DNA from: Pseudovirgaria hyperparasitica
Lineage: Eukaryota
Assembly: GCA_010093815.1 (NCBI GenBank)
Contig: ML996568.1
DNA length: 64,000 bases
Direction: 5' to 3' (one strand)
Shown: piece by piece, positions 21,993 to 34,856 of the stretch
How positions within the stretch are numbered: the first letter of the stretch is position 1
Layout: every line of letters starts with the position of its first letter
Notes under the pieces: generated by a model
What the model was told of the DNA's origin: nothing
What the model saw: the letters and a program-made list of their open reading frames with translations, nothing else
Databases searched by the model: none
Program-made: the position numbers and the translations under genes

Positions 21993-24900
21993 TCACTCAG
22001 CGCTAGTACCAGCTTTTCGTGGACTGTCGGCGAACACGTCTCTCCCAGAGCCACCAGGACCAAGTATCCTTGATCCTATCGTCTGTGTCTTTGGCGTCGT
22101 CAGAGGAGTTTGTGCCCTACTGTTGCCTCTTTCTGGAGTCTGCAGTCCAAAATCACTCATTTCACGTCGTCCACCGCTTGTTCCGGGTCGGCCTGAGTCT
22201 TGACCTTGAAGTCTCCAGCCCACCTTGTTTCCCTCAATATACAATTCTTGGATCATCCTCTTTGTTATGCCTGCGTCCTCGAACTCGCGCCACTTGCGCC
22301 AAAGCCTGAGTGCCATATATGCGTCTTCAATTGAGTCGTGTCCAAGTTCCTTGTCGTTCTGAAAGTCTACCGTTCTGAAGAAGTGCCACGCAAGAAATTT
22401 GAGTTTAATCAGCCGTTTTGTCTCCTCATCATGGAACTTCTTAACAGTGTCAAAAACTTGCGCTGGTGGTATAAGGATGTTGATTGTACGGAAGTCTTTG
22501 ATGAGACCGTGACCGATGAAGACGCACCCCAGATTCAGGAGAAGCCATAACTTTTTGTATATAACTTTAAGAGGCACAGGCGCGTGTCTAGAAATGTTAG
22601 GGTTTAGATCACCTTCGTGGATGCCAGACCATTCTGTCAAGTAGTCCGTGATAGGCTCAGTGACAATCACATGGTCATCAATGAATGGCACACCTTCATC
22701 GATGCCATCACCTCGCAGTACTGATACTCGTGCAAGAGCTAGTCGCTGAGGGCGGGAAATCTGTTTGGTTCCTTCTGGTGTGATCTCGATCTCTTCCTTG
22801 CGAACCTCGACAAACTCAGCATCGATGGCGATGGGCATGCCCTTTCGTGGGTATTCAGTATGCTGATCAAGTAAGCGAAACTTCTTGACATCCTGTTCTT
22901 GTCTAAACAATCTGGTCAGTAGCCTACGCTTCAGATAAGGTAAATAAGAAGTACCTGTGCGACCATGACTGAAACAAAGCGCTTGTGTCGAGGTTCTCTT
23001 TCCATCCATCGTCTACTTCATGTCTATATGATTTCCTTTGGTATGCCAGTATCACTGGAAGCTTTGATCTGGCATCGAAACGTAGTGCCTTTGCAACAGG
23101 TATTGATCTTACGTGGTGATCATTGAAGAGATACCATTTGTTTTCCAATCCCTTCTCAGCGGAGGAAGGGCTCACTGTGTATGATCAGATTAGATTCTTG
23201 ACCGAATGATAGCTATCTTACCATTGATAATTGACACAAGGTGCTGTTTTGGTGCCTTATCGGGGGTTACATCGCACACCACCCCGATCAGCTCATACAA
23301 CTGCATGTCATGTGCACCGCGCTGCAAATGGGTCTTGATGTCATTGCCCTCAAAGCAGAAGAACTGGCCCTGCTGAAGAATGACGCCAATCTCCTGTGGT
23401 AACCAATTCGGTATCGTCCACAGCGATTTTGAATCCTCATTGCCACTTCCAGCTTTTGTATTGACCAGTAAAACGCCTGGGATGTCTGTAATATTCTTGA
23501 GACGATTGATAGACTGATACCGTCGACAAGTACTGCACCATCCTCGACTAGCCGTGGGTCCTTCAACACTCAGCTTAAGAATCTGAGAAAACGTCATGTT
23601 TCGGAGTGTGCGACCGGGGCTTCGGCGAGTTGTTTGAGCGTACGACAGCTCTTGCACCATGGTCTTCGAGACACTCGGATTAGCGCTTGCCACCTTGCAT
23701 ACCGAACAGCGCATGGTCTCTTGCATAGGCAGAGTGAAGATTTGTTCTAATGGGGAGGCTCCGGTAAAAATTCGTGCTGCATCGAGTACGAAGCGTTTGA
23801 CAAGAAACCCGTTAAGAGCTTGAACCATAGAGGCTAGGTGGTTATTTCCCGAAGCTTGGATCAGTATTCCAGCCGCCCGTGCTTCTTGAAGCGTCTCCAT
23901 AGTTTTCAAAAAGTTACTCGGATGACAGTTGGGTGCATCCGTCTTCTCCAGCATATCGATGAGATATCCTAGCTGACACAAAAGACACGTCTCATATAAA
24001 CACGAAGATGCAGCATGCCAAAGAGCCGCATTTCTTATCCACGGTACGAATCTGAAGAGCTGGAGGAGCGAGTTGGCGTAAGAATTATTGACATGAGTCT
24101 CGAGACCTGGGTATGGAGTGGAATTCCAGTATCTGAGCAATGTTAGCAGCTGTTGAGACTTCAGCTGAGTAGAGTAGACCTACCGGAAGTCATAATCTTC
24201 AATGCCAAATCTGCTGTACTGAATGTCCATAGGCTGATAGATACGTGAATCTTCTTTCCCATCTTGCCCATCTTTATCAATGATGGTTTCAAAGGTTTCG
24301 CTGCGCCTCCTCTCGCTGTTCATTGAAGGCGCGGTCCTGGCTTTAGCACGGTCACTCAAAAATTTAGGAACTGCCATAGCCTGAACCACTCGATGCGAAG
24401 ACCTTGTCTTCTCCGCCAAGTTCCTCGGCTTTGACTTGTCAGGATTACTTGTCCATCCTCCAGACTTCACGGCTTGCGTGAGAAGTGTCTCGTCGATTAG
24501 TGGCGGTGGGGCTCCAACTTCGTATATAGTATGGCCCGGCCAGTTGGATAGCAATGGTCCTCTATACACCGGCACTCCAATCTTGTTCAGCGGCTCATCC
24601 CATGACAACTCCTGGGTTGGTATCTGATCGTACCATTCTAGCTTGCCATTACTATATTCGGAAATGCGGAATTTTGAAGCTGACCCATGAAGACGTAACT
24701 GTCCATAAGTATCGGTGTAAGCAATTGATTCGCCCGCGGCTGATAGCTCAAAGCATTGAAGGTAGACCTCATTGAAGAGTGGCAATTGATGCATGCCTGT
24801 TGCACTGGAGGAATTCACATCGACCAGTTGAATATACCCGGTGTGGGAGGCAATCATAGCGCTCGCATGCAATCTTGGATGCATCCGGACAAATCCTACA

Positions 24901-25904
24901 GGAAGAGTACATGAAATGGGCGTGAGTGGCTTCATAGCCTTCATGTCGAATACGTTGGCATGACTGTCGTAATATGGTACCCCATCCAGCCCTCTTCTAG
25001 ACCCGCCGCAGGTGATGACAAGGTGACCGCTTGCATCGATATCGTTGACCCAACCGCCGTGAGCTTCCCATTCCTTTTTGAGTTGGAATTTACTCGTATC
25101 GAGGAAATGAACGTTTCCAAAGTTCGTACAGGCACAGATGTACTGGCCTGTACTTTTCATCCTCGTATAGTGTGCTACCGCATTCATCTACAATAAATCA
25201 GCGACGTGCATAGCAAAAAGTCTGAGCTTACCGTTTGAATGATAGATCCCTTCTCAATATCAATTACAAACATGGTATCTTGTTGTCCCGCAACTACAAG
25301 CTCCTGCGCAGCCTTAGAAGTAAAAGTCATACAATGGAGGTCCTCGAATCCATCGTACCTGTTAGTTTGATCAGCACTGTTATCGCCAAGGAAGGTGTCG
25401 AGGAAGGCTTGAGGTTCCTTACTCGAGATGCCATTGTGTTACTCCGCGTCGATTCGACAGATGTACACTCTTTGGAGATACCGATAGCACGCCTTTGTCA
25501 AAGACCAGAATTTGTCTGACAGACTGAACCTGTTTTATTTGGTCCCTTATAATGTCCCTATGCGCCCGGAACCTTGTGTATGCGTGGTATTGTCGGAGAT
25601 TGTCGATATGAAACGATGCTACAGTGCCCTATGGGTAGGAAGTCATATGAGCAGTTTGCCCCCTGAGTACCCCCAGTTGGAAACGTACTCACGCGGTCGG
25701 TCCCCGCCCATAGTAGCTCCTGATATGGATCGAGCGCGATCGCAGTAGGTTGGGGAGAAGTGAAAGCAGTTGCATGCTGTCCGTGAGGTGTAGGAGCAGC
25801 TAAAGGAATCGCCGCAATCTGGAAGATGGTTCCGATACTCAGTAAGTTCTGCCTGGTAGCTTGATGTGTGTGTATGCTCGTACCTCTCCCCAGTCTCCGT
25901 CCAT
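21993..25904 (-). CDS. PAN2: PAN2 poly(A) nuclease catalytic subunit (WD40 + pseudo-USP + DEDD exonuclease); multiple introns
   Basis: MDGDWGE|IAAIPL..DPYQELLWAG, IQYSRFGIEDYDFR, GLETHVNNSYANSLLQ (USP Cys absent), WYLFND, IAIDAEFV, FIGHGL..DF, HDSIEDA. Confidence 0.95.
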
Positions 25905-26369
25905 GCTCGCAAGATATTCACCGGGCCTTACTCATTGTATATGAGGGATAATGGGAAACGATTGGTGGTGTACAAGCGAATGGATCTTCTGTTTTCCTTG
26001 AATTGATTGGGTGGGGTTAAGAAAAGAATGCTGTAAGACTTGCAAAATGTTACGCGGTCAACACGTCCCGACGATAGAGTTCACTGGCCCGGCGAGAAGC
26101 TCGAGCGATGGAGGCCCCCACATTCGGCGCCGGCGCTTGCTCTATCAAGCGTGCAAATACGCCAGGCAGTAAGGCATTACAAACTGATACAGTGGCGCGA
26201 GTCATGTTCTGCGTCATGGTCCCCCGCGCTCTCTTTTCCATATGCAATGTGAGGATACTGAAACTGTTTACTAAGAATTCAATACAGCCCCCGTAGAGCT
26301 CACCAAAACACGCGCATAACCTCTCTTTCTTCGTTTAATCGACCACTCAACTCAGCTTGCGCATCAAGC

Positions 26370-29241
26370 ATGGCGAGCCACAGGCGCACGAAAGACATCT
26401 CGTACGATGAGGATGATTTGGACGACTATGACGAAGACTATGGCGATGGAGATTATGGCGAAGATGGTGAGATGAGCCTACTTCAAAACTCAGCCGACGC
26501 TGACCACGATCGCTATATAGGCATCAGCGCATCGGATCGAGGTATGAGACAAAACAACACCATGAGTGACCAACATCAGCCCTCAGTCTAACGAGGCGAT
26601 CGCGCAGAACAACTCCGACAGTGTACCGTAAAAGTAAAATCAGCATTAGGCTCAGAGTACATAATCTCGGATCAAGAAATTCAGGAGGCATTGTGGCACT
26701 ACTATTATGATATACACAAGTCCATCACATATCTGAAGAGTATGGACATATCGTATATGCGATAATACAGTTGCTAATGTCGATAGATAAGCACGCGACT
26801 CCGACCACGAATCTCAAGCAACCGAAAGTAACAAAACCGGCCTCTAAGTTTGACCAAGCAGTGACCGCTGCGGCAAGGGCGGTTCCTAAAGCTATCAAAG
26901 GTAGGTCCAGCACTTCAAATTTCTTCTCGGAACGAAACATACGTCTTCAATATAGCCAGAGCCTTCACAGACGCGCAGGCCACACATGTACGTCTCACTA
27001 CCGCCTGGATCAGTAATATATATTCTGACCGACACTCCCTAGATCCAGTACCTTCGACCTCGTATCCGCTTCCGAGGCCGTTGCCTGCTACATTATTGTA
27101 TGCTGTTGATGTGACAAACTTTTTTGAAGATACTCCGTGGCTCGCTGTTCCTCCTCACAGAACGAGCAACATGATCATCCAATCAAAGGTTCCTCGTGGC
27201 GGTCTACTCGGAGGTTCATCCAAGCCTTCCAAGCTGGCCGCTCTCGCAGCTGCAAGGAAGAAGAAGCAACAGGAGCAAGAAGAATCCAGATCGGGTACTC
27301 AGAATGCTACCAGAGAGGCGGCCCGCGCCGTGTCGATGCTTGATCGCCTTGGGGACAAACAGAAGCCGTCATCTGATGCAGCTATCGATATGCTGAAACC
27401 GCAACCCATTACCGTAGATAGTGAGGTCATATCTCAGCAGAAACAATACCCAGTCCGGATTAAAAAAAGTCAAAGCCCTCCTCCAATACAGGTACAGCCT
27501 CGGACGTCGGACGAACAGCCTCCTGAACCCGAATTCGAAGTTTCTGATCTGGTCGCACATCCCTCCATATTTGCTACGACGGTAGCTGGGCACCAATCCA
27601 GCCAGATGGATTTTTTTCCTTTGCCTCATGTTTCCAGCGTGTTTCCATTATATGTACCCCGAGAGGAGGCATTTGCTAAAAGTAATCCATTCCTAGGACC
27701 AAGCCCTGACGATGTCGTAACGTCCGCCCAATCACAGTCCAAAGGTTCGATCCAGCAGTAAAGGTCTGAAGAATGTCCACTGATATTAATCAGGAAATCT
27801 TGGCAAGAGCACAACGTCCAAAGTTGGGGACGCGAGCAACGATGCCGGAGGTCTCGCCAATGGTGTTGCAAAGATCACTGTGGAAGAATCTGTGAGGATC
27901 AAAAGCAAAAACCTCGACGTTAAAAAAGAGTTCGAGAGATCGAACATGAAGCGAGCAATGAATTTCGTTGTCATTGGTAAGAATTTTGAAGTTTAAGTTT
28001 CTGAGCCATGCTGATGAATTTTAGGTCATGTTGATCACGGAAAGAGTACACTGATGGGTCGACTACTATATGATTTGAAAGTTGTTGACGAGCGTTCACT
28101 ATCGAAGTTGAGAAAAGAGGCCGAGACCATTGGGAAATCGTCTTTTGCTTTTGCTTGGGTTATGGACCAAACGTCAGAGGAACGCGAACGAGGCGTGACT
28201 GTCGATATAGCGACAAACAGCTTCGAGACCGACAGCACTCGGTTCACGATTCTTGATGCCCCAGGACATCGCGACTTTATCCCAAACATGATCGCGGGTG
28301 CGAGTCAGGCAGATATCGCCGTACTCGTTATTGATGCGTCGACGAACAGCTTTGAATCCGGGCTCAAGGGCCAGACGAAAGAACATGCTCTGCTTGCCAG
28401 AAGCATTGGCGTTCAACGTCTTATCATCGCCGTCAACAAGATGGATTCCGCCAAATGGTCTCAGGATCGATACCAGGAGATCTGCCAACAAATGTCAGCC
28501 TTTCTATCGTCAGCAGGCTTTCAGAGTTCCAAATTTACATTTGTGCCTTGTGCCGGATTGACAGGCGACAATGTCACTAGACAGACCACGGATGAAGCAG
28601 CAAGGTGGTACAAGGGCAACACCTTGATCGAGGAGCTAGAAGCCTCAGAGCCTACTGTTCGGTCCATGAGCAAGTCTCTCCGCATGACAGTTGGCGATGT
28701 CTTCCGCGGCGGTATCACAAACCCCGTCTCAGTCTCCGGTCGAATTGACTCAGGAACCCTGCAGATCGGTGATTCGATACTAGCCATGCCCAGCGCGGAA
28801 TTAGCATTTATCAAAGGGATTGAAATTGACAATGAAGGTGCAGATTGGGCCGTCGCTGGTCAGATAGTCACACTTCATCTGGCGGACATAGATCCTGTAC
28901 ACTTACGACCGGGCGATATCATCTGCCACACTACAGAACCGGTCCAAAACGTAGCACACTTTACGGCAAAGATTCTTGCATTTGAGCATGTCATGCCAAT
29001 GTCCCTCAACGTGCATCGTGGTCGACTGAATATGGCTGGCAAGGTGACAAGGCTGATTTCAACGCTGGACAAGAGTACAGGGCAAGTGCTACGGAAGAAA
29101 CCGAGGATCCTGCAGCCAGGTAGCGTGGCAAGGGTCGAGGTAGAAATGGAGAAGTCAATACCTCTGGAGGCAGGTATCAGAATAGTGCTCAGATCAGAGG
29201 CACAAACGATTGCTACAGGACTGATAGAGAGTGTAAGATGA
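26370..29241 (+). CDS. HBS1: Hbs1 (eRF3/EF1A-like GTPase) gene containing a Ski7-motif cassette exon
   Basis: HBS1 N-domain IQEALWHYYYDIHKSITYLK. VVI|GHVDHGKSTLMGRLL, FAWVMD..EERERGVT, DAPGHRDF, NKMD. Exons about 26370-26466, 26521-26541, 26608-26739, 26787-26900, 27043-27744, 27794-27976, 28025-29241. Confidence 0.95.
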
Positions 29242-29454
29242 GACCGACTTTCGCGTAAAGTGGCATTATTTGGCGTCATTCTGGGCACAGCATAGCGTGG
29301 CATCAAAATTAGATGAGAGACAGTTGAATCAAGCCATAGATGCTCGAATGGCACGACCGTTTGCTTTTCCATATTGACGCCATAATCCATATCTATGGCC
29401 TTACCGGCACATCCAACGCCAGCAATGCAGAGTAAAAGTGAACACGGCATGCTC

Positions 29455-30101
29455 TCACCTTTTCTTCTTTGATACTACTTTCTCAAATCCATCTTCGTCA
29501 ATCTCTGGGACGCGTGGATCTTTCTTGGTTGCGTGTATAAGCGCAGGCGCCTCATCCATGTTTACATCATCATCATCACTGTTGTATTCATCGCTGTCAG
29601 CCTCCTCTTCTCTGTCCTCAACCTCGCCCTTTACAATTTCCTCCCGTCCCTGCCTCTCGGTCCACAGCCTCTGCCACTCATCCACAGTCGCGAAGATACC
29701 TTCCGTGCACTCCTTCCACACTTTCAGGATATTTGCTACCACTGTCTCTTCACTGTCGTCCTCAACGTCCACATCGAATTCCGCGGACATGACGTCCAGC
29801 AGCATGAACTGTATCTCATCGCCGGGCGTGGTGGGGTCTTTCAGTAGTTGGTCGGCGATGGCACCCGCGAACCAGTCGCGCTTTTCAGACGTGTTGCCAC
29901 CGCCCCAGCCTTCTTGCACGGCTTTGGTGAGGGCGCTCCATTGCGAGAGCGCATGCCATACTCCGAGGCCAAATTTTTCCTCGAAAAGTTCTGCGGGGTT
30001 TAGTAGAAGACGCTGAGCAGATGTAAGATAGACGAACTCGGGTCGACTTCGTTTACAACTGGGATGGGTTGCGGTTGGGATGGAGCATTTTGTGTTGCCA
30101 T
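29455..30101 (-). CDS. TSR2: Pre-rRNA-processing protein Tsr2; one intron (about 29991-30037)
   Basis: Spliced W.AL..AVQEGWGG (WGG motif), KRDWFAGAI, EFDVDVEDDS and an acidic tail ending DEDGFEKV..KKKR. Confidence 0.9.
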
Positions 30102-30125
30102 GGTGTGTGTGTGTGTCTGTGTGTG
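30102..30125. repeat. Imperfect (GT)n microsatellite directly 5' of the TSR2 start
   Basis: ggtgtgtgtgtgtgtctgtgtgtg. Confidence 0.8.
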
Positions 30126-30871
30126 GTTTGCTGAAGTTGTCGCAAATTCATGATTTCGATGCTTTTTAGTTATCGATAACGCTGCGACGTCTGGGCGGTG
30201 GGGAGACTTTGGGCTTCCGATTGGCCAGCGCAGACTCGCTATCACGTGCAAACTGAAATGCGTTGCTCCGCTCAAGACGCTTTGAACTCCTAGCGGTCTT
30301 GAGACGAATGTTCTCAATTATAGTTAATTATTGTAAATAGTTTTGGTAAATAATCATTAATTAGTTGGGGTCTAGGCACGTTGAATCTATCTCTCCGACG
30401 GCAGCGTGCCACGAATATCTGCATCTATCTTGGGATCTTTATCGATGTACAACCTAGGATATGCCTGATAACATGGGTATTTTTGCTTGGCAATGACCTA
30501 CTCATACAGTATGATTCCTCATTGTTACAATCTGCGAGCGTTACGTTGGTGGCGCCTCCTTTGGGCAGTAAAGTAAAAGTTATGCATCCGTTGATGGATC
30601 TGCGGTACCTAGCTTGTCCTCCCTTATCCTCCGGCTTAGCTCTCCAAACGTCAACCCAAGCTCCCAACCACCGGCAAGAGTAACTAACGTCTCCGTCTCT
30701 GATCTCTCGAACATGTTCTCCTTCTTGTCAAAACATACCTTTCTGTTACGTCCCTGTCACACTTTTCTAGTTGGGAGTCCAATGTGTATCGTCTAATTGT
30801 CTCTTTATGTTCCAAGCTCCACCCGAGGTCGTCATCAGAAGCTGTGTCAGCCGCACTCCACAGTAAAGATC

Positions 30872-33700
30872 ATGGTTCTCAATACGCTCACGGTAGCCTC
30901 TTCTGTTACTCCAACTGTGATTGAAACTTACTTTAGTCATGTCAGTAGACTATATTCATCGATGTCTGCTTAGTATTAATGTTATGTTACTTTAGTACCT
31001 CAATCGCAAGCCCCTGCGCCAAAAGCCCACGGCTCACATTTCATATCACGAAGGCCTCGAGCTCATTCGCCGCTTTCTACATCATGCATCTTTTCATACC
31101 GTCGAAGAGATTCAGGCTTTTACGCAGCAATGGGTGCCCGTACCGCATTGGATTCAAACCGATACAGTCGAGATCTCAGCTGAAAAGCTATCGAAAGCTG
31201 CAGAGTTGCTATGCGCCCAGCTTGGCCCAGAAGGCATCGAACAAGTCGGAGGCAAGAACTGGTGGCAATGGCGCCGTGATGGCAATCCATTGAAGGCTGA
31301 GTGGATCGAGATGCGCAAAGACGCTACTGCGAGGAGAAAGAGCTCAAAACCTCACGGAACTCGAATCATGATGTATGTGCATGGTGGAGCATACTATTTT
31401 GGCAGTGTAGATGAGCACAGATATCAGATGCAGCGGCATGCAAGAAAGCTCAAGGCGAGAGTCTTGGCACCGAGATACCGACTCGCACCTCAGTTCCCTT
31501 TCCCTTGTGGGTTGCAAGACGCCATTGCCACGTACTTGTATCTTCTTGTAGAACACGATCCTTCCACTATCATCTTGGGCGGGGACTCTGCAGGTGGAGG
31601 TATGGTCTTGAGCATGCTCGTCACTCTACGAGACCAAGGTATACCACTACCGGCTGGAGCAATACTCTTGTCACCATGGGTGGATCTGACACACTCATTC
31701 CCAAGTCTTGGTGGAGATGGCAAGTTTGATTACATCCCTGCGCATGGCTTCGTCCACAAGCCTTCCTTGGCTTGGCCACCTCCTAACAGCGACGACTTGA
31801 AAGCGCTAGAGAAGGGTGCAGTAGACCCTAAGAAGGGGGCTGCATCAAAACCCGCGGACGGAGAAGACAAGAGGGAACAAAAAGAAGCCGAGAGGCAGGA
31901 AAAAAAGGATCGCACTCGCGGCTACTCGGTCAATGAATCCTCCCAGAATGTGAGCGACCCACGTGCTGCCGCCTTTGACAATCACACCCCGGCGGTTGTT
32001 ACTGAACCTACTCCCAACGCACCGCTAAGCATTTCCATCGATGGAAAAGTCGTCGAGATCAAAGATCAGATTCAGATGTATGCTGCGAACCATCTCATCA
32101 ACCATCCGTTGGTGTCACCCGTTCTACAGCCAACATTGGGCGGTCTCCCACCGCTACTCGTCCAGGTCGGCGGAGGAGAGCTACTTCGTGACGAACAGTT
32201 GTATCTCGCGCACAAGGCAGCTGCCCCTTTGAAATATGTTCCTGCACCAAATCCACATATGTCAGCAGAGTGGATACAGGAAAACCTGGCAAAGTACCGG
32301 TCAACACTAGTTCAGCTACAGCTGTGGGATGACTTGTGCCACGTCGCGCCAACACTGAGCTTCACGCGGCCTGCGAAGTACATGTATAGGAGTATTGCAC
32401 AATTTGGTGCTTGGGTGCTCGCTCGAGCACAGCAGACGTCGATCGACATCATGGACGATTCTTCCATTTCTGTAATCAGTACGAGCACCTCAGACGAGCA
32501 TTCATCTGGAGATGACGGAGAGCATGTGAAGAAGCCTACAGAGGCGCAAAACGTTGAAATCATTGCCTCTGCGGGCCTAGATCCCCGACCGGACCACGTG
32601 GGAAGAGCAGGAGATCCCCTGCCACCGTTTGAGAGGCATATGATCCGCCAACGTATCGATCGTAATGGTCTGATATATCCACTACCTCCTGCTTCTGAAA
32701 TTCCAGCTTTACAGCTAGAGTCGTCCGAGATCGGACGCATCAAAGAAGGGCCAGTGAGAAAATGGATGGGAGCGCAGGAGAAGTGGACAAAGAAATTTGC
32801 TCGACAAAAGCTCAACGTGCAAAAGAAGCGGTTGCAGGCTATGGCCAAGGGATTCGAACGATTTGAAGGAGAGCAACCTCCTCCTACCGCACTTGCTGGT
32901 AGACGTGCGAAGGGCATGGACAAGCCAGCGAAGAATAAACGCAGTATGGGCATGTCACTTTGGAGCTTATGGGGCAGCAAACACGACGAGACCACCGTAC
33001 GTTTCCTGATACTAGCATCACAATACCATAGCTCACAAGCATACAGATCGAGCACGAAGAAAAGGCTGACATGGACGGAGTTCCCACTATTCCAGAAGAT
33101 GGCGCCAATGGTGGCGGCGGTACTGTCGCAAACTCGACAGGCAAGTCAGCAGCACGCAATAAGTCTCGCTCTAAGTCCCGCCCTCGTCGCCCTAAGATTG
33201 GCGCGAGTGTCGGATCGCATCGCTCTAACGTGACAGATCAAGGCCAGGGTAACGAGGGGAGCGATGGACAAATGGTAGCCGTGCAGAATACTCCCTCACA
33301 CCTTTCTCCGTCTGGTTCGCCCAACGCGTTTCCTGCGATATCTCCTCTCCCAAGTAACGGACCCGTGGTACCTGGCACTGACACAGTTGTCCCTGACAGC
33401 AACACACTCAGTACTCGACCGACCAGGGAAGGCGTCGCATACCCGTTCAAACTCAGGCTTGCAAAAGATGGCGAGCCCGTAAATGCGAGCACGTTGACAT
33501 TACAGAGCGTCCAGCCACTGGACGAGAAGAAAAACCCTAGCGCGTCTTCTCCACCAGCTGAGTCTTCAGCTTTCACGGATCCGGAAGAGCAAAAGGTCAT
33601 ACCCATTACTGCTGGAGCTATGCAATGCACTACGGAGAAGGAGAACGAGGCTCCAGAGAGACCTCAACCAGAGAGGTTCGTTACCGCGCGTGAAATATAG
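30872..33700 (+). CDS. Alpha/beta hydrolase, HSL-family lipase/esterase; exons 30872-30940, 30996-32996, 33047-33700
   Basis: HGGAY oxyanion motif, YRLAPQFPFP, GDSAGG nucleophile, LSPWVD, E-LL.D and CHV. Two canonical introns. Confidence 0.9.
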
Positions 33701-34198
33701 ACGCTAACGAAAAAGAAATATCATCATAAGTTATAGGATGGTGAGATGAAAGGTTGGCTCCTGGAGGGCCGCTACACATCTGTATATACCAGATCAAGAA
33801 TATAATACTGAATGCATAAGTGTTCCCATGTTCACTACTTGGACTATCAGGGATGCTCTGAGGACTAATCTTGATGTTGGATTCGAAGGCTGTGGCAAGG
33901 TACAACTCACGTAGGTAAGAATCCCAGCTCTGTAACTATTTTGCATTCGTTTCTTATAAGTTTGATGATCTGGCTGTTCAGTGATGTTTTGGTAGCAACG
34001 CATTCTGGACAAGTAGAGGATACACGCGCAAATTCGAATGTTTGATCTACCATGGCAACTTGTTCTTGTTCAGTCAATGATGATCATGAGTGAGATGAAG
34101 CTTCGTGGATATGGGCTGTATTGATCTAAAAGGCATTTAAGACTAGATCGCACAATGGTAACCCGGGCGACGCGATGATACGGCCAGCGCATCTAATA

Positions 34199-34856
34199 TC
34201 AAGCTCGTTCTGGGGTCCTTACAATGCTGGTTTCTTCCAAATCCTCCCAGTCTCCGATATTAAGGGCGATTTCTACGCTTGGTTTTCCCTGCAAGCGGTG
34301 ATATAGGCCCTGCCAAATTGTTTCCGGTTGCTCATCGATCATAGCTTTGATATGGTTGTAGATCTGGTCACACATAAGTCAGATCTCAACGTGTTGAACT
34401 AAAGTGCACAAGTGTTTCGACATCGTGATGTTGACTTACTCTGGTAGCGGGTGCACCCTTCTTGAGAATAATGACGCATTCTATCCCTCTGCCTTCACAT
34501 CACCTTCATTGCCTCGATTACCCTCATCATTCTCATCAACTTCTTCCGCAGGTGGGATAGTAGAGGATAAGGGGATAGATCTGCTGGCAAATGGAGGGCT
34601 ATAGTGTCCTCTAAAGTCTTTGAGGGATTCCCTCAAAACAAGACGTAAATTTCCGCCGTAAATTGTTCGGTTTTCGGACTGGGTGTTTGTTAGCCACTAG
34701 TCAACTTCGCTCTATATCAGGTCTAAAGCTTACAGATCTGGGCAGTGGGAATTGGAAAGTGCCTCGGACTCTGATAGCATCATCGCTAGGCTCCTCTGCG
34801 TGGGTTTTTGTGTCAGCCTGTCCGCGGTTTAGCAAGCTCTTTTTGTCGCTTTCCAT
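34199..34856 (-). pseudogene. Two-intron orphan gene with an in-frame stop or frameshift in exon 2
   Basis: ATG at 34856. Introns 34679-34733 (GTAAGC..GCTAAC..CAG) and 34364-34439 (GTAAGT..CTGAC..CAG). In-frame TAG at 34481-34483, while a shifted frame reads protein-like across intron 2. Confidence 0.35.

Noticed and set aside
24040..24120. PAN2 USP domain lacking the catalytic Cys as a sign of pseudogenisation
   Set aside because: Normal for Pan2, whose USP domain is catalytically inactive.
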